Source: a virus. From it: DNA of 64,000 nucleotides. The notes beneath the pieces were generated by a model. It did no database searches, had not been told where the DNA came from, and saw only the letters and a program-made list of their open reading frames with translations. Below, piece by piece: positions 63,805 through 64,000 of this stretch. Every line of letters begins with the position of its first letter. Position 1 is the stretch's first letter. The stretch covers positions 10,947 through 74,946 of the IMG/VR virus record IMGVR_UViG_3300025000_000078, one strand, 5' to 3'. Both the position numbers and the translations under genes were made by a program.

Positions 63805-64000
63805 CGAAAATTCACATAGGTCGTTAATCTATGCAGTTCTCTTATGAACTTCCTTATCTTTCGATAAGATACTAGACTATATCTTCATCCATTATATAAT
63901 CAGTATAATGGAGCTTCCTATTTCGATTTAAGGGAATCTCACCCACTCACTTGAGCCCTACTCCTATTGCTTATTTCAAAGCCTAAGGGATAGTCGTTGA
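63805..64000 (-). mobile_element. Group I intron 3' half (truncated by window end), family A
   Basis: R, S and P9 sequences match the other family A introns. Confidence 0.88.

Noticed and set aside
320-64000. Dispersed near-identical non-coding repeats as a CRISPR array or IS/MITE
   Set aside because: No regular spacers, terminal inverted repeats or target duplications; they are group I intron cores.
1-64000. tRNA/rRNA genes and inteins
   Set aside because: No cloverleaf or T-loop signatures or intein termini were noticed by eye; tRNAscan was not run.

Overview
Very AT-rich window from a phiKZ/AR9(PBS1)-like jumbo phage, probably infecting an anaerobic Firmicute (class III nrdD, SLH-like endolysin tail, strong GGAGG ribosome-binding sites). 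It encodes three split multisubunit RNA polymerase pieces, a RecA/UvsX recombinase, DnaB helicase, SbcD, Dda-like helicase, GyrA/GyrB, NrdD, polyphosphate kinase 1, a radical SAM/SPASM protein, and virion, tail and lysis proteins. The main feature is ten group I introns, all on the minus strand, in six essential genes. Splice junctions can be placed at nucleotide level from the P1 U.G pair, the terminal G and restored protein motifs. RecA and DnaB each carry tandem introns separated by micro-exons of 15 nt and 29 nt. The beta'-N RNAP gene has three introns, one of which splits the catalytic NAD|FDGD motif. The intron cores are mosaics of near-identical modules, while their P1/IGS regions are site-specific. 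Five introns carry homing endonuclease ORFs (four HNH, one frameshifted GIY-YIG), and one holds a small endonuclease remnant. AR9-type late promoters (AACA-N6-TA) and early promoters (TATATTAT) recur upstream of genes. A 7-blade beta-propeller gene has a frameshifted 3-blade tandem copy. All calls come from manual motif reading; no database search was run.
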